This document shows positions 24,586 through 37,445 of a DNA stretch of 64,000 nt, piece by piece. Below the pieces are notes generated by a model. That model was not told where the DNA came from, ran no database searches, and saw only the letters and a program-made list of their open reading frames with translations. The first letter of the stretch is position 1, and each line of letters starts with the position of its first letter. This DNA is from Eledone cirrhosa (Eukaryota): assembly GCA_964016885.1 (NCBI GenBank), contig OZ024751.1, positions 35,030,001 through 35,094,000 of the forward strand, given 5' to 3'. The translations under genes were made by a program, and so were the position numbers.

Positions 24586-25382
24586 TAGTTACATACACAT
24601 ATACTATGTTACATACACACATCTACTGTGTTACATACACACACATCAACTGGGTTGTATACACACACATCTACTGCGTTACATACACATCTACTGTGTT
24701 ACACACACATCTACTGTGTTACATACACACACATCTACTGAGTTACATACACACACATCTACTGTGTTACATACACACACATCTTCTGTGTTACATACAC
24801 ACATCTACTATGTTACATACACACATCTACTGTGTTACATACACACACCTGTGTTACATACACACACATCTACTGAGTTACATACACACAGATCTACTGT
24901 GTTACATACACACACATCTACTGTGTTACACACATCTTCTATGTTACATACACACAATCTACTGTGTTACATACACACATCTACTGAGTTACATACACAC
25001 ACATCTACTGAGTTACATACACACACATGTACTGTGTTACATACACACATCTACTGTGTTACATACATACACATCTACTGTGTTACATACATACACATCT
25101 ACTGTTACATACACACATCTACCGTGTTACACACACACATCTACCGTGTTACACACACACATCTACCGTGTTACACACACACATCTACCGTGTTACACAC
25201 ACACATCTACTGAGTTACATACACATATACTGAGTTACATGCAAACACACATCTACTCTGTTACATATACACATCTACTGTGTTACATACACATCTACTG
25301 TGATACACACACACACATCTACTCATACATATTCATAAATAGACACACATTATACAAATAATTATTACATACACACACATCT
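24586..25382 (+). repeat. Minisatellite, ~20-24 bp unit CATCTACTGTGTTACATA(CA)n
   Basis: Directly visible tandem units with variable CA count. Confidence 0.92.
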
Positions 25383-25761
25383 CTGTAATAATTCAGGAAG
25401 GAAGGGGCTGGTGAAACGCTATAGCAATGTGTGTGTGTTGTGTACCTTTCAGGTTTACCGGTTTCGTAGCCTATTTGAAGATTTTATTATAATTATGAAC
25501 CTTATAATTCAATTAATTATGAATAATTTTGAGCTATTTATCACAATTGTTAGTTAATTACTAACATAGTAACTTACCATATGGTTGTTATATAGAATTT
25601 TGTTGGAAGACTTTAATTTAGATAGGAACCATTTCCATAGTACGAGAACTAATTTTGGCTGGGTTTCTACCAAAAGGGTTAATGAAGAATTTTGAACAAT
25701 TTACTAAAATTATTAATTATTTCATTACTAAGATAATGTGTGAATACACAATTATATGTGT

Positions 25762-25862
25762 GTATATATATATAAACAGTATATATATATATAGTATATA
25801 TATATATAAACAGTATATATATATATAGTATATATATATATAAACAGTATATATATAGTATA
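25762..25862 (+). repeat. Compound (TA)n-AAACAG-(TA)n-G repeat (also 47431-47531)
   Basis: Three tandem ~32-34 bp units. Confidence 0.8.
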
Positions 25863-26150
25863 CAAAAGATGTAGTGGGATAGTGTGTAGTCTTAAGACAA
25901 GTCTGTCCAGATAGCTGCGCTGTAACTTACACTTATTGGGACTGTGTGTTGGCAAGCAGGCCTGTATTTTGGGATCTAGCTGGTCCATTATGAGGGAGGT
26001 CTGGTTAGTTGGCAGCACCATGCCTTACTTGTGGTATATGTATGTATAGAAATAAGTTATTGTATATGCATAACTGTCCATCTATATGTATACATGTATG
26101 TTTACTTATATCTTTGCATACATATATACATTTTCAGATGTATACACGTA

Positions 26151-27287
26151 ATGGTCACCCGGATAGTAAACCAAGTCATACAGAATGGGGTTGTTCTGAA
26201 GGACTGGCGTAGCAGCATCATCATTAACTGTTACAAGGGTAAAGGAGATGCCCTAGATAGGAGTAACTATAGAGGCATTAAATTAATCGACCAGGTCATG
26301 AAGGTCACGGAAAAAGTAATAGCGCAACTAATCAGAGAGAGAATTGATCTAGATGAAATGCAGTTCGGGTTTGTGTCAGGTAAAAGTACCACAGACGCTC
26401 TTTTCATTGTACGACAACTACAGGAGAAGTACCTAGTTAAAAGTAAACCCCTATACTTAGCTTTTGTTGACTTGGAGAAAGCCTTCGACAGAGTCCCCCG
26501 TTCCATTATCTGGTGGGCTCTTAGAAAACTAGGTGTTGAGGAATGGCTTGTGAGAGCTATACGAGCCATGTATAAAGAAACAGTCAGCAAGGTTAGAATT
26601 AACAACGAATATAGTGAAGAGTTTAGCGTAAAAGTTGGTGTTCATCAGGGCTCCGTCCTTAGCCCCCTACTATTTATTATTGCCCTTCAGGCTATAACAG
26701 TGGAGTTCAAGACCGGCTGCCCATGGGAACTCCTATACGCAGATGATCTAACGCTCATAGCTGAATCAATGGCCGAGCTAGAGAAGAAATTCCAAACATG
26801 GAAGCAAGGCCTAGAATCAGAAGGCCTTAAAATTAACCTGGCTAAGACTAAAGTTCTAGTTTGTAGGAAAGAAAATAAGGCGCCGGTCCCTTCCGGGAAA
26901 TGGCCATGCTCAGTGTGTAGGAAAGGCGTAGGTAGAAACTCCATTTTATGTCCCAAATGCAAAGTATGGGTTCATAAAAGATGTAGTGGGATCACAGGTA
27001 AGCTAACTAAGAACATAGATTTTACATGTGGCCGGTGCTCTGGTGCAATAAGTAGCAGCAAGTGCCCACAAAATACTAGCTCTTTCAATTGCGCAGAGGG
27101 TTCTATAGAAATAGTGGACAGCTTCCGTTACCTGGGTGACAAAATCAGCAGTGGGGGAGGGTGCTCTGAAAGTACAGTAGCTAGAGTCAGAACTGGATGG
27201 AAAAAGTTCAGAGAGCTTATACCACTATTAGCCGCTAAAGGGTTCTCCCTAAAAATGAAAGGCAGGTTGTATGATGCCTGCATATGA
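26151..27287 (+). pseudogene. RTE reverse transcriptase, open segment
   Basis: Homologous part of ORF 26031..27287; upstream ~40 codons are low-complexity read-through; premature stop. Confidence 0.88.
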
Positions 27288-28077
27288 ACAGCAATGTTGC
27301 ATGGCAGTGAGACCTGGGCATTGTGTGCAGAGGATATACGCAGACTAGAGAGGAACGAAGCTTGCATGCTTCGCTGGATGTGTAATAGTAATATATGTGA
27401 ACGGCAAAGCATAAACGAACTAAGGGAAAAATTAGAAATAAGAGGGATCAGATGTTGTGTACTCGAGAGAAGACTACGTTGGTATGGTCCACGTGATGCG
27501 GATGAAAGACGACAGCTGTATAAAAAAAATGCAGGGCAATAAAGATAGACGGTAGCCACGGAGTAGGCAGACCTAGAAAAACCTGGGACGACTTGATAAA
27601 TTCCGACCTCACACACTTACACCTCTCCAAGACAATGTCACTGGACCGAGATCTTTGGCGGTACTCAGTAATAGAGAAGACCCGCCTTACCTAGATACAA
27701 AGTAAAACCTACTACAGTCAGTAGGCACCTCTAACAAAATACACCCCCACCCCATCCACACCGCCCCTTTCAATGTAAAGTTATGTTGGTGCCACAACAT
27801 CCAGGCCGAAACAAATGAGGTCGTGTAGGTGTCACGACAAAAAAAAAAAACACAGTCCACGCAGTAATGTGGCCGTGTAGGTAACACGGTAAAAACCTCC
27901 CAGTCCCACACTGTAAATGCGGTTGGTGTTAGGAAGGGCATCCAGCTGTAGAAAACCCGCCAGACAGTCCTATGCGAGCAAGACAACCACTCTTGCCTCA
28001 AGTGGGAAAATTCCCGTCCAAACCCATGCAAGCGTGGAATATGGACGTTAAACGATGATGATGATGATGATGATGAT
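26151..28077 (+). mobile_element. 5'-truncated RTE-clade LINE, RT pseudogene with inserted PHD finger
   Basis: RT motifs NYRGIKL, QFGF, FVDLEKAFDRV, GVHQGSVLSPLLF, LYADD, KTKV, FRYLG, then RTE-type MLHGSETW and GRPRKTW. TGA at 27285 (likely CGA>TGA), frameshifts near 27489 and 27525, (GAT)n tail. Confidence 0.93.
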
Positions 28078-28195
28078 ATATATATATATATATATATATA
28101 TTCCTTTGACATTTCTTAGAAAAAAAATGAAAAAGTTTTGTGAGAACCCCAATGTTTATTTATTTTATTTTATTTTTAAATAAAATTAATAACAT

Positions 28196-28833
28196 TAATT
28201 TTATTTTGAAATTAGGTTTATAAATATTAATTATCAGCAGACCTTTGTAGCAGTCTTGGCGGCTTAGTGGGAAGTACCAGAGATGGTGAGGTCCTTGTCT
28301 GTAGGTTCAATCCTGGTTTGGGAGTTCAATCATTGCTGTAATGTGTCCTGTTAATCTTTTTTTAAATTTTCCTCAGAAAAAACTGAAAATCTTTGGTGAG
28401 AACCCCAATGTCTATTTATCTAATATAATTTAATTTATTTTATTTTATTTTACTTTAGTTAAATTGTCAAAACCACTGGTGATCTAAAGTTAGAGGAGAC
28501 AGATAAAATAGACATATTGTCTCCTCAACCTTTAGATCTTCAGTGTTTTCGACAATTTAACTAAAATAAAAAATTAAATTCAATATAATTAAATAAATAG
28601 GGGTTCTCTTTTTCAAAGAGATATAGAAAGAAAATTATAAAAGATTAACATGACACCTTACATGTATCTCATGGACCAGGATTGAACCTGAGTCCCCAAT
28701 TCAACCCTCAGACCAGGATTGAACACCCAGAACAGGATCTCACCATCTCTGGTACTTCCCACTAAGCTACCAAGACTGATACAAAGATGTACTGAAATTT
28801 AATATTTATAAACCTACTTTCAAAATAAAATTA
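28196..28833. repeat. Palindrome, second copy
   Basis: Copy of 571-1208. Confidence 0.85.
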
Positions 28834-29666
28834 AAAATAAAATATATATATATATATATTCCTTTGACATTTCTTAGAAAAAAGAACTGAAAAAGTTTTG
28901 TGAGAACGCCAATGTCTATTTATTTTATTTTATTTTTAATTAAATTAGTTATATTTTGAAAGTAGGTTTATAAATATTAATTTTCAATAGACCTTTGTAG
29001 CAGTCTTGGTGGCTTAGTGGGAAGTACCAGAGATGGTGAGATCCTTGTCTGTAAGTTCAATTCTTGCTTGGAGACATGTCTAATGTGTCCTATTAATCTT
29101 TTTTTAATTTTCCTTTTACATCTCTTAGAAATAACTGAAAATCTTTGGTGAGAACCCCAATGTCTATTTATCTAATATAATTAATTTAATTTAATTTAAT
29201 TTAATTTTTATTTTAGTGAAACCACTGTTGTATTCAAGAGACCAGGTGGAGGGGTGGGTCTGCTAGATTCATCGTGGGTAAAGAACGGTACTATGAACTT
29301 TTCTGGGTGGGAAATGACAATGGGCTGGGTATACACATACCACCCCACCACCCCACCGTAAAGTGGTCGTGGAGGCGCCACGGCAAAAAAGCACCCAGCC
29401 CGCTCTGTAAAGCTGACGTGGAGGTGCCACGGAAAAAAAAAAAGCACCCAGCACTCACTGCAAACTGGGTTGGCGTCAGGAAGGGCACCCAGCTGTAGAA
29501 ACCAATCCAGAATCAGCTCCCACCCCACCCTTGCAAGCATGGAAAAGCGGACGTATGATGAAGTTGATATATATATATATATATTAGTATATATATACAC
29601 ATACATATGTACACATATACACATACATATATATATATATATACACACACATATATATCAGTGTAC

Positions 29667-29712
<46 letters not shown>

Positions 29713-31483
29713 GAATATTTATTCAATTTAAAGCGCCAATTATCTATATATAACAAGATATGAATTTTTCTAGGGATGGGGAAATTTTCAGTTTGTTTTT
29801 ATATTTTCACTTCATTTTTTACTTTCTATTTAATACAGTCTTTGATCCAATATAATCCTGACAGTATTTGAACCAGTTTACCTCATATATATGTATGCAC
29901 ACACAACACTCAAGTTTCGCCATCTACTGCTATTTCATTCATATTTATTGTTTAATTAACTCTGGTCTAATTCATCAACTATTGTTAATTATATTATTAC
30001 GTAGATTTCTTATAAAATCTAGTGCATATATACGTGTATATATACAGGGAGACACTGTGTAATAGATGTAAAGAGAGTGGGAGATAGAGTTATAGAAGTA
30101 AAGAGAGGGAGAGAAATAAGCGGTAGATAGAGCAATAGATGTAAAGAGAGGGTTAGAACGTTCAACTTGACAGTCAGTACATATGCCAACTACCCAACCG
30201 GCCAGCCAGCCGTATTTGCGGTTGACTGGCCAGTTGGGCGGTTGGTATGTGGAACGTTCAACTATGCAGTCAGTACCAAAGTTCAACATTGTAGCCAGTG
30301 CATATGCCGATCGCCGCGACCTCTTTGCTCTATTTAAATGACCTGGAACTAAGTAAAAAGAGTAGGAGATAACTCGACAAGAGCGGAGAGGGTGAGATTC
30401 GAACCATGTAAAGTCGTTGGCTCCTGAACTTCGTAAGCGGGGCTGCTACTGACTGAGCAACGCCGGCAGCAAGGCAAATCGCGCATAAAATAACGCTTAT
30501 ATCGAGAAAATAAAACAAAAATTTCAATGTTGCACTCTTGTTTGTTGTTCTTTTATTTTACGTAAACATTTCGCTGCTCTAGCCTCTTATTTCCTATTAG
30601 ATTACACTTAATTCCATTAAACATTCATTCTTAGTCTCGTGGTAAACTATTTCATCTATATTTATATCGCTGTTACAGCCTTTTATTTCTACATCTATCA
30701 CCTATAGCCACTGTTACGCCGGTAGTATAAGTAGCTTTATAACAAGAAACGATGATATAACTCCACAAAATGTCTTCTTGAGCAAGACACTTCACCTCAT
30801 ATTGCTCCAGTACACCGAGTTACACATAGACAGATACATACATACACATATATATGTACACAGATAGAAATAAGAGGGAGATAGAGTAAAAGATGTAAAG
30901 ATAGTGTAAAAGATTTAAAGAGAGGGTGAGAGTGTGACACACATTTATCTGTCTATCTCTCTCTATTTTAACACCGGTCGTTATAATTAGTTTTATAACA
31001 CCGCTATATTACCGACATGAAAGAGGTAAATAATTATTTCTTAAATGTTTAGAACATGTTTCTCTTGTCTTCTTAAATGTATAGAACATGTTTCTTATTT
31101 ATATTCTTAACATAGCTAGGACCTTATCTCATTTACTGGTCTCTACTTTTAGGGCTTTGCTGGTCCCATGTGCCCTCCATGAAGACACACTCGCCCCTTC
31201 TCTCTCAGTCTCCGTACTAATTACTACACATACGTATATATATTTATTTTAAGAAACCTTAATGACAAATAATATAAAGTGTTTGTAAAGTGGGGAAGAG
31301 TAGTTTTACGGTGGGGTTGTTATATAGATATCGTTTTTGCAGTGGGGTCGTGACTGGCGTATAATAATGAGTCACTGTTGATGTATATACAAATCATATT
31401 TTGGATATAAGTGAAGTTATTTAAGAGATTTAGTTGTTTTGTATACATTCCAGTTGTTGTCTCCCTGTTTCTTCTTCAACAAC

Positions 31484-33477
31484 CTATAACGGTACGCGAT
31501 GGGGCCCACCCACAGCCCCGGCGGACAGAATGGAGAAGGCGTTTCCCCGGAGCACGGCAAGGGAGACGCGCTGGAAAAGCCACTCCAACTCGCGGGGCTC
31601 ACACCTGCGACTGGCCAGCTCAGCGCCTATGGTGGTGAGTAAGGAGGTAGCCCTGGGGTCGAGGACACCAGAAGTCTCCACTTCCAGGGGTACGACCGCA
31701 AACCTGTCGGAGAGTGAACGATATGTGAGGAGTTTGGCCCTCTCAGCCTGACGTGCAGCAGAACCTGGGCCAGTCGCAGACTGCACCAGGTTGCGGCTGC
31801 AGAAAGTGTCGGTGCAAGTGGCATCCCAGACGAGGGGTTTGCCACCGCGGAACGGGAAGATGGTCATGCCATCTGGCCTTTTGCCGTCCCCTCGAGCTGG
31901 GAAGGGAAGCCTGCAGCGTCCAAGCCATGCTTAATGATTTCGTTGAGGGCAGCATGGCGTGGATTGCGGCTGGCACTGTGGCGACAGGAAAGCGGGTGGA
32001 GGCCGAAAGAGTCCATGGTGGAACGGCAGCGACATTGGTGTGAGGCCGAGCCTCAGGGAAACGCCGATGCGCAAGCTATGGTTGTCTAGCTGCGTGCGAG
32101 TGGAGAAGGAGGGCAGGGCATGGAGCCAGGCCCCACTGTGGGGTTTGGAGGCCGCACGAAAACAAACAAGGCGGTGCTGGTCGAGCTGGCACGTGAGCCT
32201 GTCTGAGGCCAGGCTGCACTGGATGGCATCCCAAGTGTGTTGGGGGGACTTGACGTCAACAGGGGGAGAAGGAGGAGGAACGTCTACTGGGCTAAGTCCC
32301 AGCCGGTGCCACGTCTCACAGGCGGCCACGCGTTCTCTGAACACAGAGGGTTCTGTTGTGTTTTGAAGAACCCTGCTGAGATGGACGTGGTACGAGGTTA
32401 CCGACGAAAGATACGCCGGCAAAGCTAGTGAGATCGGGGACTGGAGGCGAAGGTCGCCATACCTGATAGGTAAAGTTGCATATCTCATCGGCTGCTGCTC
32501 GGATACAAGTCTGGGTGTAGCACAGAGTGTATAGAGGAGCTTCGGCATGGCGTAGCAGTTCCTCAGCAGAAAGAGAACTGGGTGGCCATCAATCAAGCCC
32601 AGTCGGCTCGTGAGAGTCTGAACTTGATGGTGGAGCGGATGGCCGGCGGGTGGATCGGTGAGGGCATCCTCTTTGGGGGTCACCTGAACCTGGCGGAGAA
32701 TGGACCGCACGTCCAAGACGGAGACTGCAAAGCTTGCAGCATCGAGGCTGACATTCACCACCTCCGACTTGGCTGAGTTGACCTGGAGGTCGATTCCCGC
32801 CAGGGCAGGAACCACCGATTGAAGGTCATGGCAGACCGCCTGTACGGGCCCACCCAAAGTAGCATCATCCAGATACCAAACGTTGAGAGGGGCCGTTATA
32901 CTCCGGGCGATGTGGTCAATACCAAGGGTGAACAGGAGGGGTCCCAAAGGGTTGCCCTGTTGGATCCCAGTAGCCAAGGGTATGACCGTATCAGCAGCAT
33001 GTCGCATGCTCGGGGCTCCATATGACAGCTAGGCAGAGGGGGCTCGGCTGAGGCAGGCCTCGAGCAGATGATCCCAGCGTAAAGAGTTGAAGGCATTCCT
33101 CATGTCAAACTTGACAATGAGGTGGCTGGAGTCCCTGGATGACGGTTCCGAGTGTTACGGACTTGCAGGTTACCTTGGCAGCCAGCCTCCGGAAGACATT
33201 GCCCACAGCAATGGGGCGTATGCCACCCTCTTTCTTCCTGAGAGCGGTGAAGCTGGCTGAAAAAAAGAGGCCTCGAGCATAAGAGTCCAGGGCGCCATGG
33301 ATGAGCCTATTGGTGAGCGCCACAATTGCACTCAGAAGGCGGCGCCCGGCCTCAGCGGAGAGGGGAGATGTCAACTCCTTGAGGAGGCCTGGTCAGAGAC
33401 CATCAACATCACCGCAGCTGCTAGCTGGGAAGGACCTGATGGCGGACATGATGTCTGCATCAGAAGCCACAACGAGC
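31484..33477 (-). mobile_element. Decayed CRE-clade element, A-type
   Basis: 358-aa ORF 31931..33007 nearly identical to 4304..5380. Confidence 0.88.
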
Positions 33478-34130
33478 AAGTGTGGATTACAATACAAAAC
33501 CTCTGAGAATGATTTCTAAGATATTTCACCATAATTAATTTTCATCAATATATATTAATATTATTATTGTTTATTAGGTCAGGTGGATTGGCCAGAACAA
33601 TTCTACTCTTCTTTTTTAGATGTCACGATTTTTCATGGCATTCCTGAGATCATTAATCTCCAGCTGGAGATCCAGAGACATCTGATGTATGTAGGTGAAC
33701 CTCAGTCATCCCACTAGGGTCTTACTATGTTTAGGTATCCACCACAGGAGCCAGCTCATCAGGTCATCCTACCCTCAGCAGCAATGTCCAGCATCTATTG
33801 ATTTCCGCTCCCTAGTTATTGTGGTAATCTTCGATATCTGGGAATATATTTCTTCTGCTTAAGGGAGTAATAAATATATAGTTTTTAAAAAAACATATAT
33901 ATACACACACATATATATATGTTGTCATTTATAAGAGTTCTCTATCAAAAGCCTTCTCTATGTCCAAAGCTAAGTATAGTGGCTTATTTTTCTCTAAGAA
34001 CCTCTCTTGTAGTTGTCTCACTAAGAAGAGGGCATCTGTTGCACTTTTCAGCGGCACAAAACCAAACTGCATCTCATACACATACATACATATACATACA
34101 TACATACATACATATACACATACATACATA

Positions 34131-34486
34131 CATCATCATCATCATCATCATCATCATTTCGTTTTAAGTCCGCTTTTTCCCTGCTTGTAAGGGTGGGACA
34201 GGAACTGATTCTGGCTTGATTTCTACAGCTGGATGCCCTTCCTAACACCAACCTCATTTACAGTGAGTGCTGAGTGCTTTTTTGCCGTGGCACCTCCACG
34301 ACCACTTTGCAGTGGAATGATATGGACCCCAGTCCCTATCATCTCATTTCTACAGCTGAGTAAACTGGAGCAATGTGAAATAAAGTGTCTTGCTCAAGGA
34401 AACAACACATCACCCGGTCTGAGAATTGAACTCACAACCTTTCGATTGCCAGGCCAATGCTCGAACCACTAAGCCATGTGCCTCCA
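34131..34486 (-). mobile_element. tRNA-CORE SINE copy
   Basis: Copy of 6504-6859. Confidence 0.85.
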
Positions 34487-34990
34487 TATACATATACATA
34501 TACATACACATACATATACATATACATACATATATATATACATACATACATATATACACATACATACATACATACACATACATACACATATACATACATA
34601 TATATACATACATACACATACATAGATATATATATATACATAATATAAATATACATACATACACATACATAAGCATATACACATAAGTATATATACATAT
34701 ACACACGTATATATACATATACATACATACATATATACACATACATACATATATACATACATACACACATATACATACATATATACATATACACATACAT
34801 ACATATACATACATATACACATACATACATATATATACATACACACACATATATACATACACACACATATATACAAACACATACATATACACATATATAC
34901 ACATACATATACATACATATACACATATACACTCATATATACATATACATACATACACACACATACATACATATATACATATACATACAT

Positions 34991-35546
34991 AAAGACAAAT
35001 CCACCTCATGGACGAGAATGCAAGGGCTCCTCCTCTTTGTTTCGGCCGCGGATGGCTAACCCTAACCCCATCCCCGCTCCCCACCGCTCCCAACCTCCAA
35101 ACGCAATCCAAAACTTCAGAGTTGGTACCATTAATGTAGGCACCTTATAGGGTGGCTCTAACGAGGTTGTAGAAATGCTTGAACGTAAGGAGGTCGATGT
35201 TTGTTGTATTCAAGAGACCAGGTGGAGGGGTGGGTCTGCTAGATTCATCGTGGGTAAAGAACGATGCTATAAGCTTTTCTGTGTGGCAAATAACAATGGG
35301 CTGGGTATACACATACCACCCCACCGCCTCACCGCCCCACCGCAAAGTGGTCGTGGAGGCGCCGCGGCAAAAAAGCACCCAGCCCACACTGTAAAGCTGA
35401 CGTGGAGGTGCCACGGAAAAAAAAAAGCACCCAGCACTCACTGCAAACGAGGTTGGCGTCAGGAAGGGCACCCAGCTGTAGAAACCAATCCAGAATCAGC
35501 TCCCACCCCACCCTTGCAAGCATGGAAAAGCGGACGTATGATGAAG
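34991..35546 (+). mobile_element. Bipartite RTE derivative copy
   Basis: Copy of 7364-7919. Confidence 0.82.
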
Positions 35547-35553
35547 TTGATAT

Positions 35554-35596
<43 letters not shown>

Positions 35597-37445
35597 TATA
35601 TATATACACATATATATATACACACATATATATCAGTGTACATATATATATACATATATATATATATATAAATGAATATTTATTCAATTTAAAGCGCCAA
35701 TTATCTATATATAACAAGATATGAATTTTTCTAGGGATGGGGAAATTTTCAGTTTGTTTTTATATTTTCACTTCATTTTTTACTTTCTATTTAATACAGT
35801 CTTTGATCCAATATAATCCTGACAGTATTTGAACCAGTTTACCTCATATATATGTATGCACACACAACACTCAAGTTTCGCCATCTACTGCTATTTCATT
35901 CATATTTATTGTTTAATTAACTCTGGTCTAATTCATCAACTATTGTTAATTATATTATTACGTAGATTTCTTATAAAATCTAGTGCATATATACGTGTAT
36001 ATATACAGGGAGACACTGTAATAGATGTAAAGAGAGTGGGAGATAGAGTTATAGAAGTAAAGAGAGGGGGAGAAATAAGCGGTAGATAGAGTAATAGATG
36101 TAAAGAGAGGGTTAGAACGTTCAACTTGACAGTCAGTACAATGTTCAGCATGGTAGCCAGTACATATGCCAACTACCCAACCGGCCAGCCAGCCGCATAT
36201 GCGGTTGACTGGCCAGTTGGGCGGTTGGTATGTGGAACGTTCAACTACGCAGTCAGTACCAAAGTTCAACATTGTAGCCAGTGCATATGCCGATCGCCGC
36301 GCCCTCTTTGCTCTATTTTAATGACCTGGAACTAAGTAAAAAGAGTAGGAGATAACTCGACAAGAGCGGAGAGGGTGAGATTCGAACCATGTAAAGTCGT
36401 TGGCTCCTGAAGTTCGTAAGCGGGGCTGCTACTGACTGAGCAGCGCCGGCAGCAAGGCAAATCGCGCATAAAATAACGCTTATATCGACAAAAAAAAAAA
36501 AAAAATTTCAATGTTGCACTCTTGTTTGTTGTTCTTTTATTTTACGTAAACATTTCGCTGCTCTAGCCTCTTATTTCCTATTAGATTACACTTAATTCCA
36601 TTAAACATTCATTCTTAGTCTCGTGGTAAACTATTTCATCTATATTTATATCGCTGTTACAGCCTTTTATTTCTACATCTATCACCTATAGCCACTGTTA
36701 CGCCGGTAGTATAAGTAGCTTTATAACAAGAAACGATGATATAACTCCACAAAATGTCTTCTTGAGCAAGACACTTCACTTCATATTGCTCCAGTACACC
36801 GAGTTACACATAGACAGATACATACATACATACACAGATAGAAATGAGAGGTAGATAGAGTAAAAGATTTAAAGAGAGTGTGAGAAGTACGAGTTAGATA
36901 GTGTAAAAGATTTAAAGAGAGGGTGAGAGTGTGACACACATTTATCTGTCTATCTCTCTCTATTTTAACACCGGTCGTTATAATTAGTTTTATAACACCG
37001 CTATATTACCGACATGAAAGAGGTAAATAATTATTTCTTAAATGTTTAGAACATGTTTCTCTTGTCTTCTTAAATGTATAGAACATGTTTCTTATTTATA
37101 TTCTTAACATAGCTAGGACCTTATCTCATTTACTGGTCTCTACTTTTAGGGCTTTGCTGGTCCCATGTGCCCTCCATGAAGACACACTCGCCCCTTCTCT
37201 CTCAGTCTCCGTACTAATTACTACACATACGTATATATATTTATTTTAAGAAACCTTAATGACAAATAATATAAAGTGTTTGTAAAGTGGGGAAGAGTAG
37301 TTTTACGGTGGGGTTGTTATATAGATATCGTTTTTGCAGTGGGGTCGTGACTGGCGTATAATAATGAGTCACTGTTGATGTATATACAAATCATGTTTTG
37401 GATATAAGTGAAGTTATTTAAGAGATTTAGTTGTTTTGTATACAT

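Larger units (their letters stand above)
1..27625. repeat. Higher-order repeat unit 1 (4 monomers A,B,C,D + 5 kb spacer; phase set by window start)
   Basis: Position-1 sequence (tccaagacaatgtcactgg) recurs at 27626 and 49295; ORF 62..487 recurs identically at 27687..28112 (offset 27625). Confidence 0.95.

Noticed and set aside
24555-25361. 268-aa His/Thr-rich repetitive ORF
   Set aside because: Minisatellite read-through; unit lengths are not multiples of 3 and overlapping frames are also open.
26031-27287. Functional or domesticated RT gene
   Set aside because: No endonuclease, N-terminus is low-complexity read-through, premature stop and downstream frameshifts in both copies.
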